A DNA stretch of 64,000 bases from Azolla caroliniana. Taxonomy: Eukaryota > Plantae > Polypodiophyta. Numbering within the stretch: position 1 is the stretch's first letter; every line of letters begins with the position of its first letter. The stretch spans positions 6,324,001 to 6,388,000 of the forward strand of contig JBHGNT010000001.1 of the NCBI GenBank assembly GCA_043228905.1, written 5' to 3'. A program made the translations under genes and the position numbers. The notes beneath the pieces were generated by a model, which was not told the DNA's origin, did not search any database, and saw only the letters and a list, made by a program, of their open reading frames with translations. Positions 37,916 through 50,792 of the stretch are shown here, one piece after another.

Positions 37916-38670
37916 TATACAACATGGTTAGAATCTCATGGTTGTGTTACTGAAAACATCTTGATGGGATCCATCGATAGTGTAGAGAATCTACTATGTA
38001 CGAGTTCTTTGAACTTCTTGAATAAAGAAAATATTGCTTTTATACAATGTGGTTAGAATCTCATAACAATCTTACTGAAAACATCTTGATGGTATATATG
38101 TGTAATATAAGTCTACAAAATTCGGCTTCTTGTTCTTCTTGAATAAAGTAGAATATCATTTAATTTTGCACACATTCAGCCATCTGCGCTTTTTTATCAG
38201 CTCAAGTGTCATATTTGTTCTAAAACACATTCATGACTGTGTTTCTCAATGTTCACGCATGCTTTTATCTGTGTCCTATAATGCTCTCATAAATATGATA
38301 AATTTGTATGTCTTCTCTGACATGTGTGAGATTTGTGGTCTCAACAATGGGTTTCTCATTCATATGTGTTGTCCTTTACTCACAAGTTGCGAGTGTTTAT
38401 CTTTTTGTGTCCCTATGGGAAGGGATCTTCTTTCATTCAGCAGCTTGCTCATTTTTATCATCGGAAGTATCATATTCAATTTGAAACTTAATCATGCATG
38501 CATTTATCTGTGTCCTATAATGCTGTCATAAATATGAGATTTTTTTTGTCTTCTCTGATGAATACGAGATTCAACAATTGGTGTCTCATTCATGTGACAT
38601 GTCTCTTGTATATTGTGGCCCTGTAGGAAGGTATCCCCTTTCATTTACCATTTGCTCCTTTTTATCATTC
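37916..38670. repeat. Two adjacent tandem duplications (~125 bp and ~240 bp periods) downstream of the small gene
   Basis: ggttagaatctcat...ttactgaaaacatcttgatgg...cttcttgaataaag at ~37926 and ~38051. tttatctgtgtcctataatgct.tcataaatatga...gtcttctctga at ~38264 and ~38503. Confidence 0.85.
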
Positions 38671-41600
38671 AGCAAATACAGTTTCTCAGCCCAAATATCT
38701 AGGCTGACTAAGTAATCTATAGATATGCATTAACCTTGAGTATTCACTTAATGGAAAATCCCTCCGTGAGATTTCGCAGCTTGTATTTAAACATTTCTGA
38801 GATGGTATATGTTCTTATCCAAATGCATGTGCTAGGAAATTCTATTACTTTATTTATATTACTTTTGGTTGACTATTTTCCATGATGACACAACAGTTTC
38901 GAATGTAATCTCATGTTAGTTCTCGTAAGTGGCATGAGTATTTTGCATCTTCAATGTGAAATAGGGATTTGGGCCACTGAAGAGGAGACTAATTGACTGC
39001 ATGTTTTCCCCCAAACAAATTCGTGAGTTTATAACATTCTACTGCAATGCTTCACCTTTTGTTATATTCAAGGTTGCTTTCCCCACAATTTCAACCTTGC
39101 CCTATTTCTATATGCACCTCTCTCTATCGCAGTGTGTGCTCTGTATTCTAACATTTGTTAGAAAAAACTTGAATGGTTGAGAATCACTAATGAACTTTAC
39201 ACAGTATGTGGAAAATGTTTCATTTTGGTCCATAGGTCATATTTGACCTTTGACATGATTATATTATACCACCCTCCCTCACTCTCAAACACATCTCTCT
39301 TGAAAGGCCAATCACTCATGAGTCCTTTCCAATGAATAACAGCCACCCCATATATCCTGTCCTGTTGATCACCTTTCTAATAAAGTTTTCTTTGCCTTTT
39401 CTTCATGAGGTGGATTAGAAACGGTTGTGTTTTCTTGTTTTCTTATTTTCTTTGACAATCAAAACATTGACTGTAGTTTGTTTGAGGCATCCATTGCCCA
39501 CACATGCGTGCACATATGACAATACTACTTTGAAATCCAGAATTGATGCACTTGTAACAACGGAAGAAATGTCATATACATATATCTTTCTTCTGGATGT
39601 CTGGTTTACAGCCATCCTTGTCTACTTTGATAACGTTGAATGTTAACAGCAGATCTTTTTTGATCTTTCTGAGACCATATCCCCTCTGTGCTCATCTCAC
39701 TATTTGTATTGCAAAGTTCTATTCACAATTCGGATGGCAACTCGTGTATTTGGTTTTAAAAATAATATGGATTTAGAAATTTTAAAAATGACTTTTACCT
39801 TGTATAAGAATTGAGAATGATGATTTTTGCTGATTGTTGTATTTCTCTTGGAATTCATTATGCGTCATTTGTTGCGTTTTCTCATTCTTACTTCTGTCGT
39901 GATCTCTCTGTCATAGCATTAGAAGCTAGATTTGTTCACAGTTGCACAAAATCATATTTTTTGCATATATTTAGAATATGTTTTCCTGAAATCGTTCGAT
40001 AAAAATGACTGAATTTACTTTTTTGAGTTAATCAGTACTGTAGTGCTTTTATTGTTTGGTGTCGTTTGAACTAATAGAGAATAGTCACTATCAACCAAGA
40101 AATACTATGGAAAGTAGCAGTATTTTTAATATCACAAGTATTGGTTAAATCCAGTTTGAAAAAATACAACAATAATACTGCCCTGTCTTTAAGCATTATT
40201 GTGAAGAGTTACTGGCATTAAATTATGAAACGTTTGAAAAAAATGCAGGATCAATTATAAGATCATGCATTTTGTCTCTTTATGCATTCAGAAAATTTGG
40301 CTAGGCCCTAATATTTCTTATTTTTATTCTTGAGCACTCTTGCATTTGCTATTAAAAAATTCTAATTATGTTTAGCATAGTGTAAAAGTATAATTTTCTA
40401 GAAATTTATCATCTCTTAGTATGATAATGTACGAAAAAGTTGTTAATCTAAAACAATATTTAGGTATCCAATGTATCTATCATAAACTACTGTTTTGAAT
40501 GCTTAACGTTGTTTTAGAAATGGGGTTTAATTGCCTTTGTGAGTGTGGACAATTCATGTGAAAAACTTACTAGTATGACATGGGTATAGTCTTGTTCTCT
40601 AATATCATGTTATGTTGTCAATGAAATAGTGACTAAATCTAGTTTGAAAGACAGTTTTTTTGGGAGAAATGGTTTGTTGCTTTAGTATCATGCCAATAAT
40701 TAGGATGAAGAACGATGATGATAAGGAACAAATGTATGAATTAATATGATATCTCTAGGAGTGTGGATAATTAAAAAATACGCTTGTTTATATTTTTATT
40801 TAAATATCATTATGTATGCTATTAATATAATTTGCAATCTACAAGGTTTTAGGTGAAAATTTAGCTCTTTTTTGGTACCTTGTGATTATTTTTGTTACTT
40901 CAAACCATATGCTTATGGTGGATTTCTAATGGAGAGAACGTTATCATTCAAAGGTTAACGCGAATAAACACGAGGTATCGAAGAAGAACAATTTTTTCGC
41001 TCTAGAAAATATTCATAAGAGAAGGATGAAGCTTCTTCACTTATGGAGGAAGGTGCCCCTCTTTGTAGTGACAAATCAAAGACCTCAATGGAACTATCAA
41101 CTTCCATGGACCCTTTCTTGAATATAAAAACAACATGTTAATGTACCGTATCAAGGTTCATCATCCCTACATAAGTTGTTTTTGTAGGTACAGGTTTTGG
41201 TGTACATACATTGGCTTTATTTTACATTGTAAGCCTATGGGCAGATAACTTCAACCTGTAGTGTTTAGATGTTTTAAACTTCAACTTACTTGCATTCTAG
41301 TATTAACATATTGACTAATATGGAAATAATGAAGAGACAAAAATATGCGAAATCTAGTTCGAAAGAGACAAAAATATGTTTCTTTGAAAAGAGTTGTCTG
41401 CATAGGAATAAACTTAAAACAATTGTTGACTAAATCTATTACATGAGATCCACACAACAATGATGTGCTTCTAATGTACAACACATGAATGATGGATAGT
41501 ATAAAAGGTAATACGCATCAAGCGGAACTTAAGCATTTGGAGTTTCATGCCATTTGGGACATAGGTATATTCTATAGACGGCGTTTTGATAAGGTGGAGT

Positions 41601-43994
41601 GGTTCTACTGAACACCAAAGTATTTATTTAAGCCGATGGTTAGAATTTAGATAAACATAGGGGATCAGTGGTATATCTTGTATGTTTAACCTTATGGTGT
41701 TTTCTAATACCAATGTAGTATCTTTTTTGGGAAAATAAATAAATTATTAATCTCTTCGCTTGAGCTCTCAATTCTATTTGAACTATTTGAAGGCACTTAT
41801 AAGTATTCACAAGTTTGGAGTGCATGCTCCTCGATGCCTCTCACTTTGCAAATGTAATTAATTACCTTGTTGTCTCATTCCATTTGATCCTAATCCTTAT
41901 TTGTATGCTAAATAAGTAAACATGAAGGAATGTGTTTCGGATAAAACACTCATGCTGGTGTTAGATAAAGAGGGAGGGGGTTCAAGGCATTTTATTATTG
42001 GTTGATCATTTTGATTAGCTAGTCAATGAATCACTTTGAGTTCACGTTTGAAGCTTTAGTAGAATTTATATTATGTAATATGGAGTGCTACCATTGTAAT
42101 TTCAAGAGCAATTTCTTCAACATGTTTACTCACCTTAATATAGGCAATAAACAATTCAGCTATGAACATCATGCCACATTTGTAATATCCAAAAAAATAT
42201 AAAATGTGTTATAGAAGACTTTAGTTACTTCAATCTCGAAATGCTACGACCCACATGAGGCAAAGATTAAAATAATATCACTATTTGTTATCTACCCATG
42301 GTCCACCTAGGAGATACCCCAAGGAACAACCTTTTTATTAGAATAGATACCACTTGTTTTGATGAGAACTTATATAGAGAGGAGTGAGAACTTATAAGCA
42401 TAAAAAAATGACAAAAGAGAGAATCTCATTTCATACAAATATCTACCACCCGTTGAGTGGAAGAAATACACTTTTGACACAATTCATTAGTGTGTCACAA
42501 AAAATTTCCAAGAGAAGAACAATGAGATGAAATTTGCCACAAAGCAAGGTTTCCTATCGACAAGTTTAACAATTTTTTCTTTGGTATTTGTAAGCATGCC
42601 TACATTGGTGTTCTCCTTGCAAGTGTTTGGGTGTGTATTCCATGGTGTCTTCCTTTTTGATCTTTTGCATACTCATCCAATGTTGTCCAAAATGGATGAT
42701 ATTTGTTAGTTGGTAACAAATATGTTGTTCTTGGAAATTCTATACATGAGATGGATGCAACTTGATGTCAAACATGAGATTTTTTGTGTAATCAACACCT
42801 CAAAGAATTTACATTATTTGTGTCTCAAATTGCATTGATTGGTGGGACCTTGCTATTCAACAATGTTCTTTGCACTTTTATTTTGTCTAAGTGCTTATCT
42901 GAAATCATGCCTGACAACTCTCAAAGTTTTTAATTAAGTTCTAATACTAAAATATACATCAGGGTAAACGAAAAAAAGTTGTGCAAATTTATGGTGTTTT
43001 ATTTAGGGAAAATATAAAAATGTCAAAAGATATAAAGTGATATAAACACTATCCCACACATACCTATGTTAAGGAGTTTGTGGGCTATTGATTATTCTTG
43101 AGTTGGTAGGGATCACTTGATTAACATTTACATATGCGTGGTCCATTGTTTAATGGCTTAATTGGAGTAGTGACAAAACGCACATGAATAAGAATAACAT
43201 TCACCATTTACATATGTGTGATTCATGGGTTAATGGCCGACTGGTTAGAATAGGTGAGTAAGCCAAATAAACTAGACTTCCAATTCAGATAAAAGTGATT
43301 AGTATAGAGGTGAAATAACCCAACTCTTTAACACAATGCAAATTAGATTGATCTAAGAAATCGCGATACGGGATTTAATAGAGGTAGTAAGTAAGTGTGG
43401 GGTTTTGATGAAGGGAATGTGGGGGGGAATAAGATAAATGGAGACTCAAGGGCAGTTTGGAGTGAGATCAAGGGCCAAAAGTAGTGTTATATATTAATCA
43501 CAAATAGCGTTTACAATGAATGGGCTACTGCAAATCGAAGACGATAAGAATACCACATGGACGTAAGGAACCATACTTATGCAAGCACCCAACAGGATTG
43601 GGCGATATAATCTGATGTCTCTCACCAGAGAGATATAACCAATCCCAAAGCTCCTCACAACAAGAATCGTTGGAGGGGGAGTGTGTAGTGTAGAGGCGCT
43701 CTACGTGCGAGCAGGGGCAGGTCAGGTGTCGAGCAAGCTACATTTTACACATGCTTTGCTTGCCTCAATTACACATGCTTTGCTTGCTACATTTTTACAC
43801 ATGAAAGAATGAATACACACACACACACACAAAATCACACAATATATTATCCCCATTCCTGCCCCTTGTAGCAAAACAATGGTGGTGAACACATCTGAAA
43901 CACAGGACTCTCTTTCTTCCCTGTGGTCTCAGTGTGTGTGGCTTTGAGACAGAGAAAGACTGAGGCCCATTACTGATGCAGCTCTGTTTTTCTT

Positions 43995-44032
<38 letters not shown>

Positions 44033-44071
44033 AGCTCTGTTTCTCTTTGGTTTCCACAGATCTCATCCTTG

Positions 44072-44978
44072 ATGATGGAGGCCACAGCCTGGTTCAGGTA
44101 AGGAAGCTTTCTAATCGCCTTTTTCTTCTTGTTAGTACCTTTAATTGATCAAATCACTCCAATACCTGCCTTTTTTATTTCTTAGTCAGAAGCCCACAAA
44201 ATTCAAATCGAAATCTAGACTCTTGAGTACCCAGAGCAAGAAAAAACATCATAACAAAGAAGAGCTCCTTCTAAATTTTTTCTTCTCTTTATGTATTAAC
44301 AAATAACTCAAAATGTTTTCAAAGTTTTTTTTTTTTTTTTGATGCTAAAAATAAAAAAGAATTTCTCAAAGAATGAAAAAGGTTATTTGCTCCATGAATG
44401 GTACGTCATCTGTTTTTTTCCCTTGAACCCTTAAGAGGGGAACACTTGTGTATACGAAAACTAATTGAATGTAACACATGTATGCACATATGTGTCTGTA
44501 TGGCATTAATCGTTGCCAATTTTTATATAGACAGAAATTTTGTCTGAAATGCACCAAAAAATTCTTTATTTCTCCAAAATGAGATTTTATTATTTCGTCC
44601 AATGACCTTTGATTGAGTTTACCATAGTATATATATGATAAATGTATGCTCAAATGTATGATAGTTTATGTAATATAAGGTTAGTTAAAGAAGATCAATT
44701 GAACTTTGTAGAACGCCCTTATAATTTGATGATATTTTTCCATGTCGTTCTATGTCGTATTGCAGTTGAGTATGAGATCCCACACTTCTCCATTGGATGT
44801 CTCGTCAGCATTGAACATAACCGAAAAATAGATTTGTCCCCCACAAATTCAATTACACTGCTGGTCACATGCTCGACTTAGAAGCTATTCGGTCAGCATT
44901 CTCTCAACATCTTTCATGCATGGGGTGAGTGCCCATTCAACTAAATTCATTATCAATTTTAGTAATTTGCAATGTATA

Positions 44979-45013
<35 letters not shown>

Positions 45014-46245
45014 TGAAACACTCACAAGAGTATGCAATACATCTCCCCCCCACCCCCCAAAATAAATAAATAAAAAATATAGGCATTCCAAAATATCTCT
45101 GCCTCAAATTTAAAGGAATTGCTGCTGTACCCCTTGGTCTTCATTAAGTTTCTACTGCATAGGGAGTATTGTTGTAGTTTTTGGAATCTGAGAGGACAGG
45201 TATCTCTGTAAATATAAAAAAACATTAGGGGTATTTTTAGGTGTTGTTCCTGAAAGAACATGTGATCAATTGTCCTACATGTATATTCTAAATTTAGTCT
45301 CGTTTGCAACAGCACAGTACTTGTTTTGGAATGCTTACTGAAAAGTCGACAGTCCCTGTTCCTGTTGTGGAGAACCACGATAAGCATACGGATTGTGGAA
45401 GACCTTTGCCCCTTATGGAAAAAGATATTTTGAGCTCGAGCTCGAATGAGGTGGATAATCTCGGAAAGAACTCAAGGTCATCACAACGGAGTCTTTCGTC
45501 GCTAAGCACCACAAATCATGCCCATGAAACTCAAGGGACAATAACTGATACGAGCATTAATGTGCCCTTTGTCAATCATGGTTAGGAAGTCAGGCTAAAA
45601 CATATGAGTTTCATATTTAATCTATATCCATACATTTCATTGTGACACATGGTTTGAAGGCCTGTAGGTTTGATGATGTGGGAGGAGCAAAGAAGACAGT
45701 GGACTGCAAACCATCGGGCTTCGAGATTGTCGCCATCATCCCATCCTCGGAAAAGACCTGTTATCAGGTTTGAACGATTTCTTCAGAAATTCCTTTTCTT
45801 TTCAACCCCGGAAAGGAAATCTGTAAGACATTATTTTTACTGGAGGAAAGTGTTAAAATGATCCCTGAAGGTCGACACTGTTTGTAAACACTGCCATTTA
45901 TTATTGTGAAGAAATACGCTAGTTTTTTGGTATCCTTGGTTTCTTTTTTCGTGAGGGGCAAGTAAATCTATCTGTCTACTTCTATTTATATTTATTGTTT
46001 CTATTATGTTGTGATTGAGAATAAACAGGATGAATTCAACGTATGAGGATCTTTTGAGTAGTAGCCGCCCATTTGTTAACCCAATACCTCTTTCGGTATT
46101 GACTCTCTTCTATCCTAAATACATTTACTTACTTTTTTCGATGTTTGTTTTCCATATTCCTAAAATCTTGCTTTGATGAACTTTTGGATAGGAAATGACG
46201 AGCTTTCTTGTCAATATATGGCAACAAGAGGGACTGTATGGCTAA
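44072..46245 (+). CDS. DUF4050 (Gag1-like clamp) family protein
   Basis: Exons 44072-44097, 45318-45580, 45668-45767, 46029-46095, 46192-46245, all phase-consistent. Signature FVNHGLMMWEEQRRQW...TYEDLL...PF..PIPLSEM..FLVNIWQQEGLY. Confidence 0.9.
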
Positions 46246-46406
46246 GCCAATGCTCTTTTCTTGATGAATCACTGCACAACCATTTTGTAATTTGTAAGGG
46301 CATTTTTCCTCACAATATCTTTTAACACCAGTGTCTTTCAAAGAGCTTTTCCTTGGTGGTTTCTCAGTACCAGATATTAATGTTTGGCAAGGCTGCATAT
46401 AATTGA

Positions 46407-46869
46407 TGTAGTTTGTATTCTTCTTAATAATGTGCTCTTTGCACTTTCGCCGAGCTTAACTTCGTTCAACACAAGATGAAATTCACATTGGGCCTATTCA
46501 TTGAGAAAGTGTCAAGAATAACCCCATTAAAAGAAAATTATATTCCCTTGTTTAGGAATCTTGCTGTCTCTGATGGATGCTGTCAATACTCCCCATTAAA
46601 AGAAAATTATATTGAGTCATTTTTGTAAAGCAGTACTTTAAATTTGTAGTTTGTATTCTTCTTAATAATGTGCTCTTTGCACTTTCGCGGAGCTTAACTT
46701 CTTTCAACACAAGATGAAATTCACATTGGGCCTATTCATTGAGAAAGTCTCAAGAATAACCCCCTCGTTTAGGAATCTTGCTGTCTCTGATGGATGCTGT
46801 CAATACTCCCCTCCCCATTAAAAGAAAATTATATTGAGTCATTTTTGTAAAGTAGTACTTTAAATTTGT
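46407..46869. repeat. ~238-bp tandem duplication in the 3' region of the DUF4050 gene
   Basis: tgtagtttgtattcttcttaataatgtgctctttgcactttcgc... at 46407 and 46645; near-identical apart from small indels. Confidence 0.95.
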
Positions 46870-49800
46870 TAAATATTTTATGCAACATTCTTACAGTCTT
46901 AATTGGTCAACTGTAAACTGTAAATCTTGATTGGTGCTCAATTTCACAAGCTGTAAAAGATCTTAGTTATCTGTTGGGTCTTTCCATTTATCGAAAAGTT
47001 GGATGGCAATTGTACTGTTTGAGACCAAGGAAAAAACTAAACACATAAAGGTATGCACATGCATGAATGCGTTGTATTTTTACAGAACTTAAGTATGTCG
47101 TTTTCTTTAAATATAAGAACATAATAAATAAATTAGTTGATGTGATTACATGTTTGTGATGAAGGAGACTTACATGTTTTGTTTTGGTCTGGTGCTAAAT
47201 TATTAATGCTAGTTGAAGTTTAAATATGACTCCTTATAAATGTTTTTAGGTAGCACTATGCTACCTGTGTATTATGCACGAATGTAATGATTGCTTCATT
47301 GGCTTCTGATTGAGATGTATGGTCTAAGATTTCCCCCAACAACTTATGGGTTGTAGAGATTAAGGAATAATCGTTTCAGAGAGTGAAGATTGAGCCCACC
47401 CTCACACACAGAATTGTTCTTGCAGTCATGTGATTGGTATGGGAGTGATACATATATGTGGTGGATATATCTTTAAACCTTTACATTGAGATTTTAGATC
47501 CTGATTCATGGTAATTGTAGAGGCTTTACTTTATGTGTTGGCCAATGCTTATTAGAGTAAATGTTTGAGGATGGAAGTATCTACATGATGATGTAGTGAT
47601 GGAAACTCATGTGATGGGCTACCAAAATTTGCAAAGCTCCAAAATTTTACTATGATGTATGTATGTATATATAAGTGAAGTTGGATAACTGAATCTCTAA
47701 GTATAGTCCTATGCTTCTTAGTATACTGAATGTAATAAGATTGGTCTCAAACTAGATTTGATGGTTTTGACATGCTAAGTTATAATTGTTGTGATTACTT
47801 ACATGTTATATTGTGATGAATGGTACTCGTGCATGTGCTTTTTGTTTTTATCTTTATAATATGTTGGTATATTGAATGATATATGTCACACAAGGTACAG
47901 ATATTTCAGGTTGTAGGATCCACTTATTCCATTAAGATATCTAAATCTCTTTGACGCTTCCATGATGCCCAAATAATGCAAAAGCGTACAAAAACTAACC
48001 GAAAACAATGCATTGATACATTATTTGATTGCATGCCTTTAGGAAAACATTAGGCATAAAATAATCATTATCAAGAAAGATTGAGGCCTTATTGAAAGTC
48101 AAGTTTATATATAAGTGAGGGCCAAGGCTTAATAATGTGTGTGGTAAATGACACATTGTCATATTCTTATGTGAGTAAGTTCGAGACATTTAGTAGGTTG
48201 TTGAATACATATTGCTGTAGTGAAAACAACTTTTGTTTGCCTCAATTCTAGTTATATGCTTGGATCATCATCTCAATGTAAATCTCTTTAAAATATTTGG
48301 GTAAATATTCAACATGAGCAAGATAGGAGAAGTTGTAAACACGAATGGACTTATCAATAAACATGTATAGACTTATATTGATAAACACGAGCTCCATAAA
48401 TTTTCCAGCATTATACTCTCCAAATCCACAAATTTCTAATGTACCGAGGACTATAAAGAGCATTAGAGTTTGCTTGTAGTTATGGTACAACTTTGTTTTA
48501 ATCCATGTTATTCTTTTATATATTGTAGGGCTTGACCTAGGGGTAATACGAGACTAGAATAAAGAAGATTTATCATGTGTATTTGAAGTCGATGTCGTCG
48601 TTTTTGTAGAGAATGTCATAAAGCCTTTTTTGGGGGAGTAAACCATCAACACATGATTTGAACTATAATGATGAATGGTTCTATTATGGACACACGATTG
48701 ATCAAACCTATTTTTTGGAGACTACAATCTTAATGTGGAAAAAGTAGACACCTTACGACCATCATCCTTTAATTGTCATAATTTTAGAATGTCAACGAGA
48801 TAGTATGGAGAACCAAGAACAAGTATGATGGATAGAGTCAATGCTTCCACATTGTGTGCTTTTTTAGTTGGCACCAATAGTCAAGTGCCGTGGACGGGGA
48901 ATGGAATCCTCCGACAAATTTAGCGAAACTGTATTGGTGTACTGGTCTATTGGTCTATGTCACTTGGCGGGGTACAAAGTAGATAGTTAGTTAGCTCTTG
49001 GGTGTTCACTGTTTGGGATGAAAAGATAAAGAGAAAAAACAAAATAGATTTCCATACATACATACATCATTCAACTTTGTGAGTGGATATAATATCTCTA
49101 TTTATTCAATTCTCTTTTTTGCTTCCCATGTTATTATATTGATTTTCATGGAGATATGTACATATATATTTATATTATTTGCTTTTTCTTTTGATACTAT
49201 CTCTTCCCTACATATGTATATGCATACCTATACGTACATGATACATATGTATATATATATTTTATGGCTGTCTTTGGCTGATTCAGAGATCCATCATATC
49301 TCTTCCAGCTCACCACATCTCACAGAGTTTTGCCTTTGTATCTGATATACCAGAAATCCAAAAAACTCAAAAAGGGTAATGAATCTCCACCCTTCTTTCT
49401 TCTTAATCTCTGCATACATACATATGTGCGCCCGCCCGTGAGTGCATGGGTGTGTTTCTTCTACCTCCCCTGTTTTTCCCGTCTTCTATGTCTTAACTTC
49501 CATATCTAGTTAGGTTTCTTTTTAAAACTTTTAACTTTCGAGTTTCTAGCAAAGTGAAAAGCATTAGAAGTAAACAATTTTAATAAAAAATTAATCATAA
49601 AAAACACGTTTTCAACCAAAAGAAAAAAAATTCATTTTAATCAAGTTCTAACTGGCAAAGAAGAAAAAGAAAAACAATTTAATCCAGTAAGAAAAACAAA
49701 AACAAAAGAATTGGGTCAAGTAAGCCACACGAAAACAAGAAATTAATGGAAAACACATGTTTTTTTAAACGAGGATTGCTTGTGTTTGTAAATATCCTTT

Positions 49801-50792
49801 TTATTTTATAGTTTTCCTACCTTCTGTATGTCATTATAGATGGTGTTGAAAACCTGAACTTGTATATATGTTATTGTTGGCTTCAGTGAATGAAATGTTG
49901 CTCTTTGTTGAATGAGGTCTCATGAATGTAGACCATTGTGTGAAATGGCACCAGTGGTGAAGGAATTTAATAACTGAAGTGAAATGCTGCTCTTTTTTTA
50001 TTAGGGTTACATCAATGTAGAACGTTAGAATAAAGGATTGAAACTAATCAAAATTTGATTTGGAAACAAAAAATAGTGAACAACTTTTGAAAAGAAGGAA
50101 GATGAGATGCCACCGAAAAGAAGAAAGATGAGATGCCTTTGAATAAGAAAACTTAAAAGGATTGAAACTTCCGAGTATGCGATATGGAAACAAAAAATGG
50201 TGAAAAAACATGATCTCTTTTGGTGAATATGAAACTCTGCTGGTAGGATATTACTCTTGTAGTTAAAGAATAGATTGAAACTACCGAAATGTGATGTAGC
50301 AACAAAAATGAAATATGATCTCACCAGGTTCTAAATTATGGCTCTTTTGCTTGATTTTTGTCCATATAGTTAAAGAGGGTGAAAAAGAACGGGTTAATTT
50401 AAAAGAGAAAATATAAAGACCCTCAGAAATCCTTTTGGAATCAAAGATGCAAGGATTCAATGCCTTTCTTATGATATCGTAATGATAGACAATTCAAGAT
50501 AATTTTGGAAATCATTATTGTTGCAGTTAATGCACATTTTTACACCTTAACTAAATTTTGATGTTTTTTAAGTTTTATTACCTTTATTGTATGATAATCA
50601 AATTATCTAAAATAAAAATATTCCTCAAATAAAAGCGATTTATTTTTTCTGAATTGACTATGCACTCAAGTTCTTTGTTCACGTAGAATGTGTATATCCA
50701 TGATATACATGAGTTCAAATGACTTTTTCAATGAAGGGTTTGAAATGATATAAACCTTTAACATTTTTTCAGACTAACAAGAAGAAGCGAAA

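Noticed and set aside
42550-42900. Possible LINE 3'-end remnant
   Set aside because: Only a vague resemblance in broken frames.
49881-50025. C/D-box snoRNA-like segment (cttcag...tgaatga...ctgaag)
   Set aside because: The C box is imperfect, the terminal stem would consume the D box, and the segment is explained by an ~89-bp tandem duplication.
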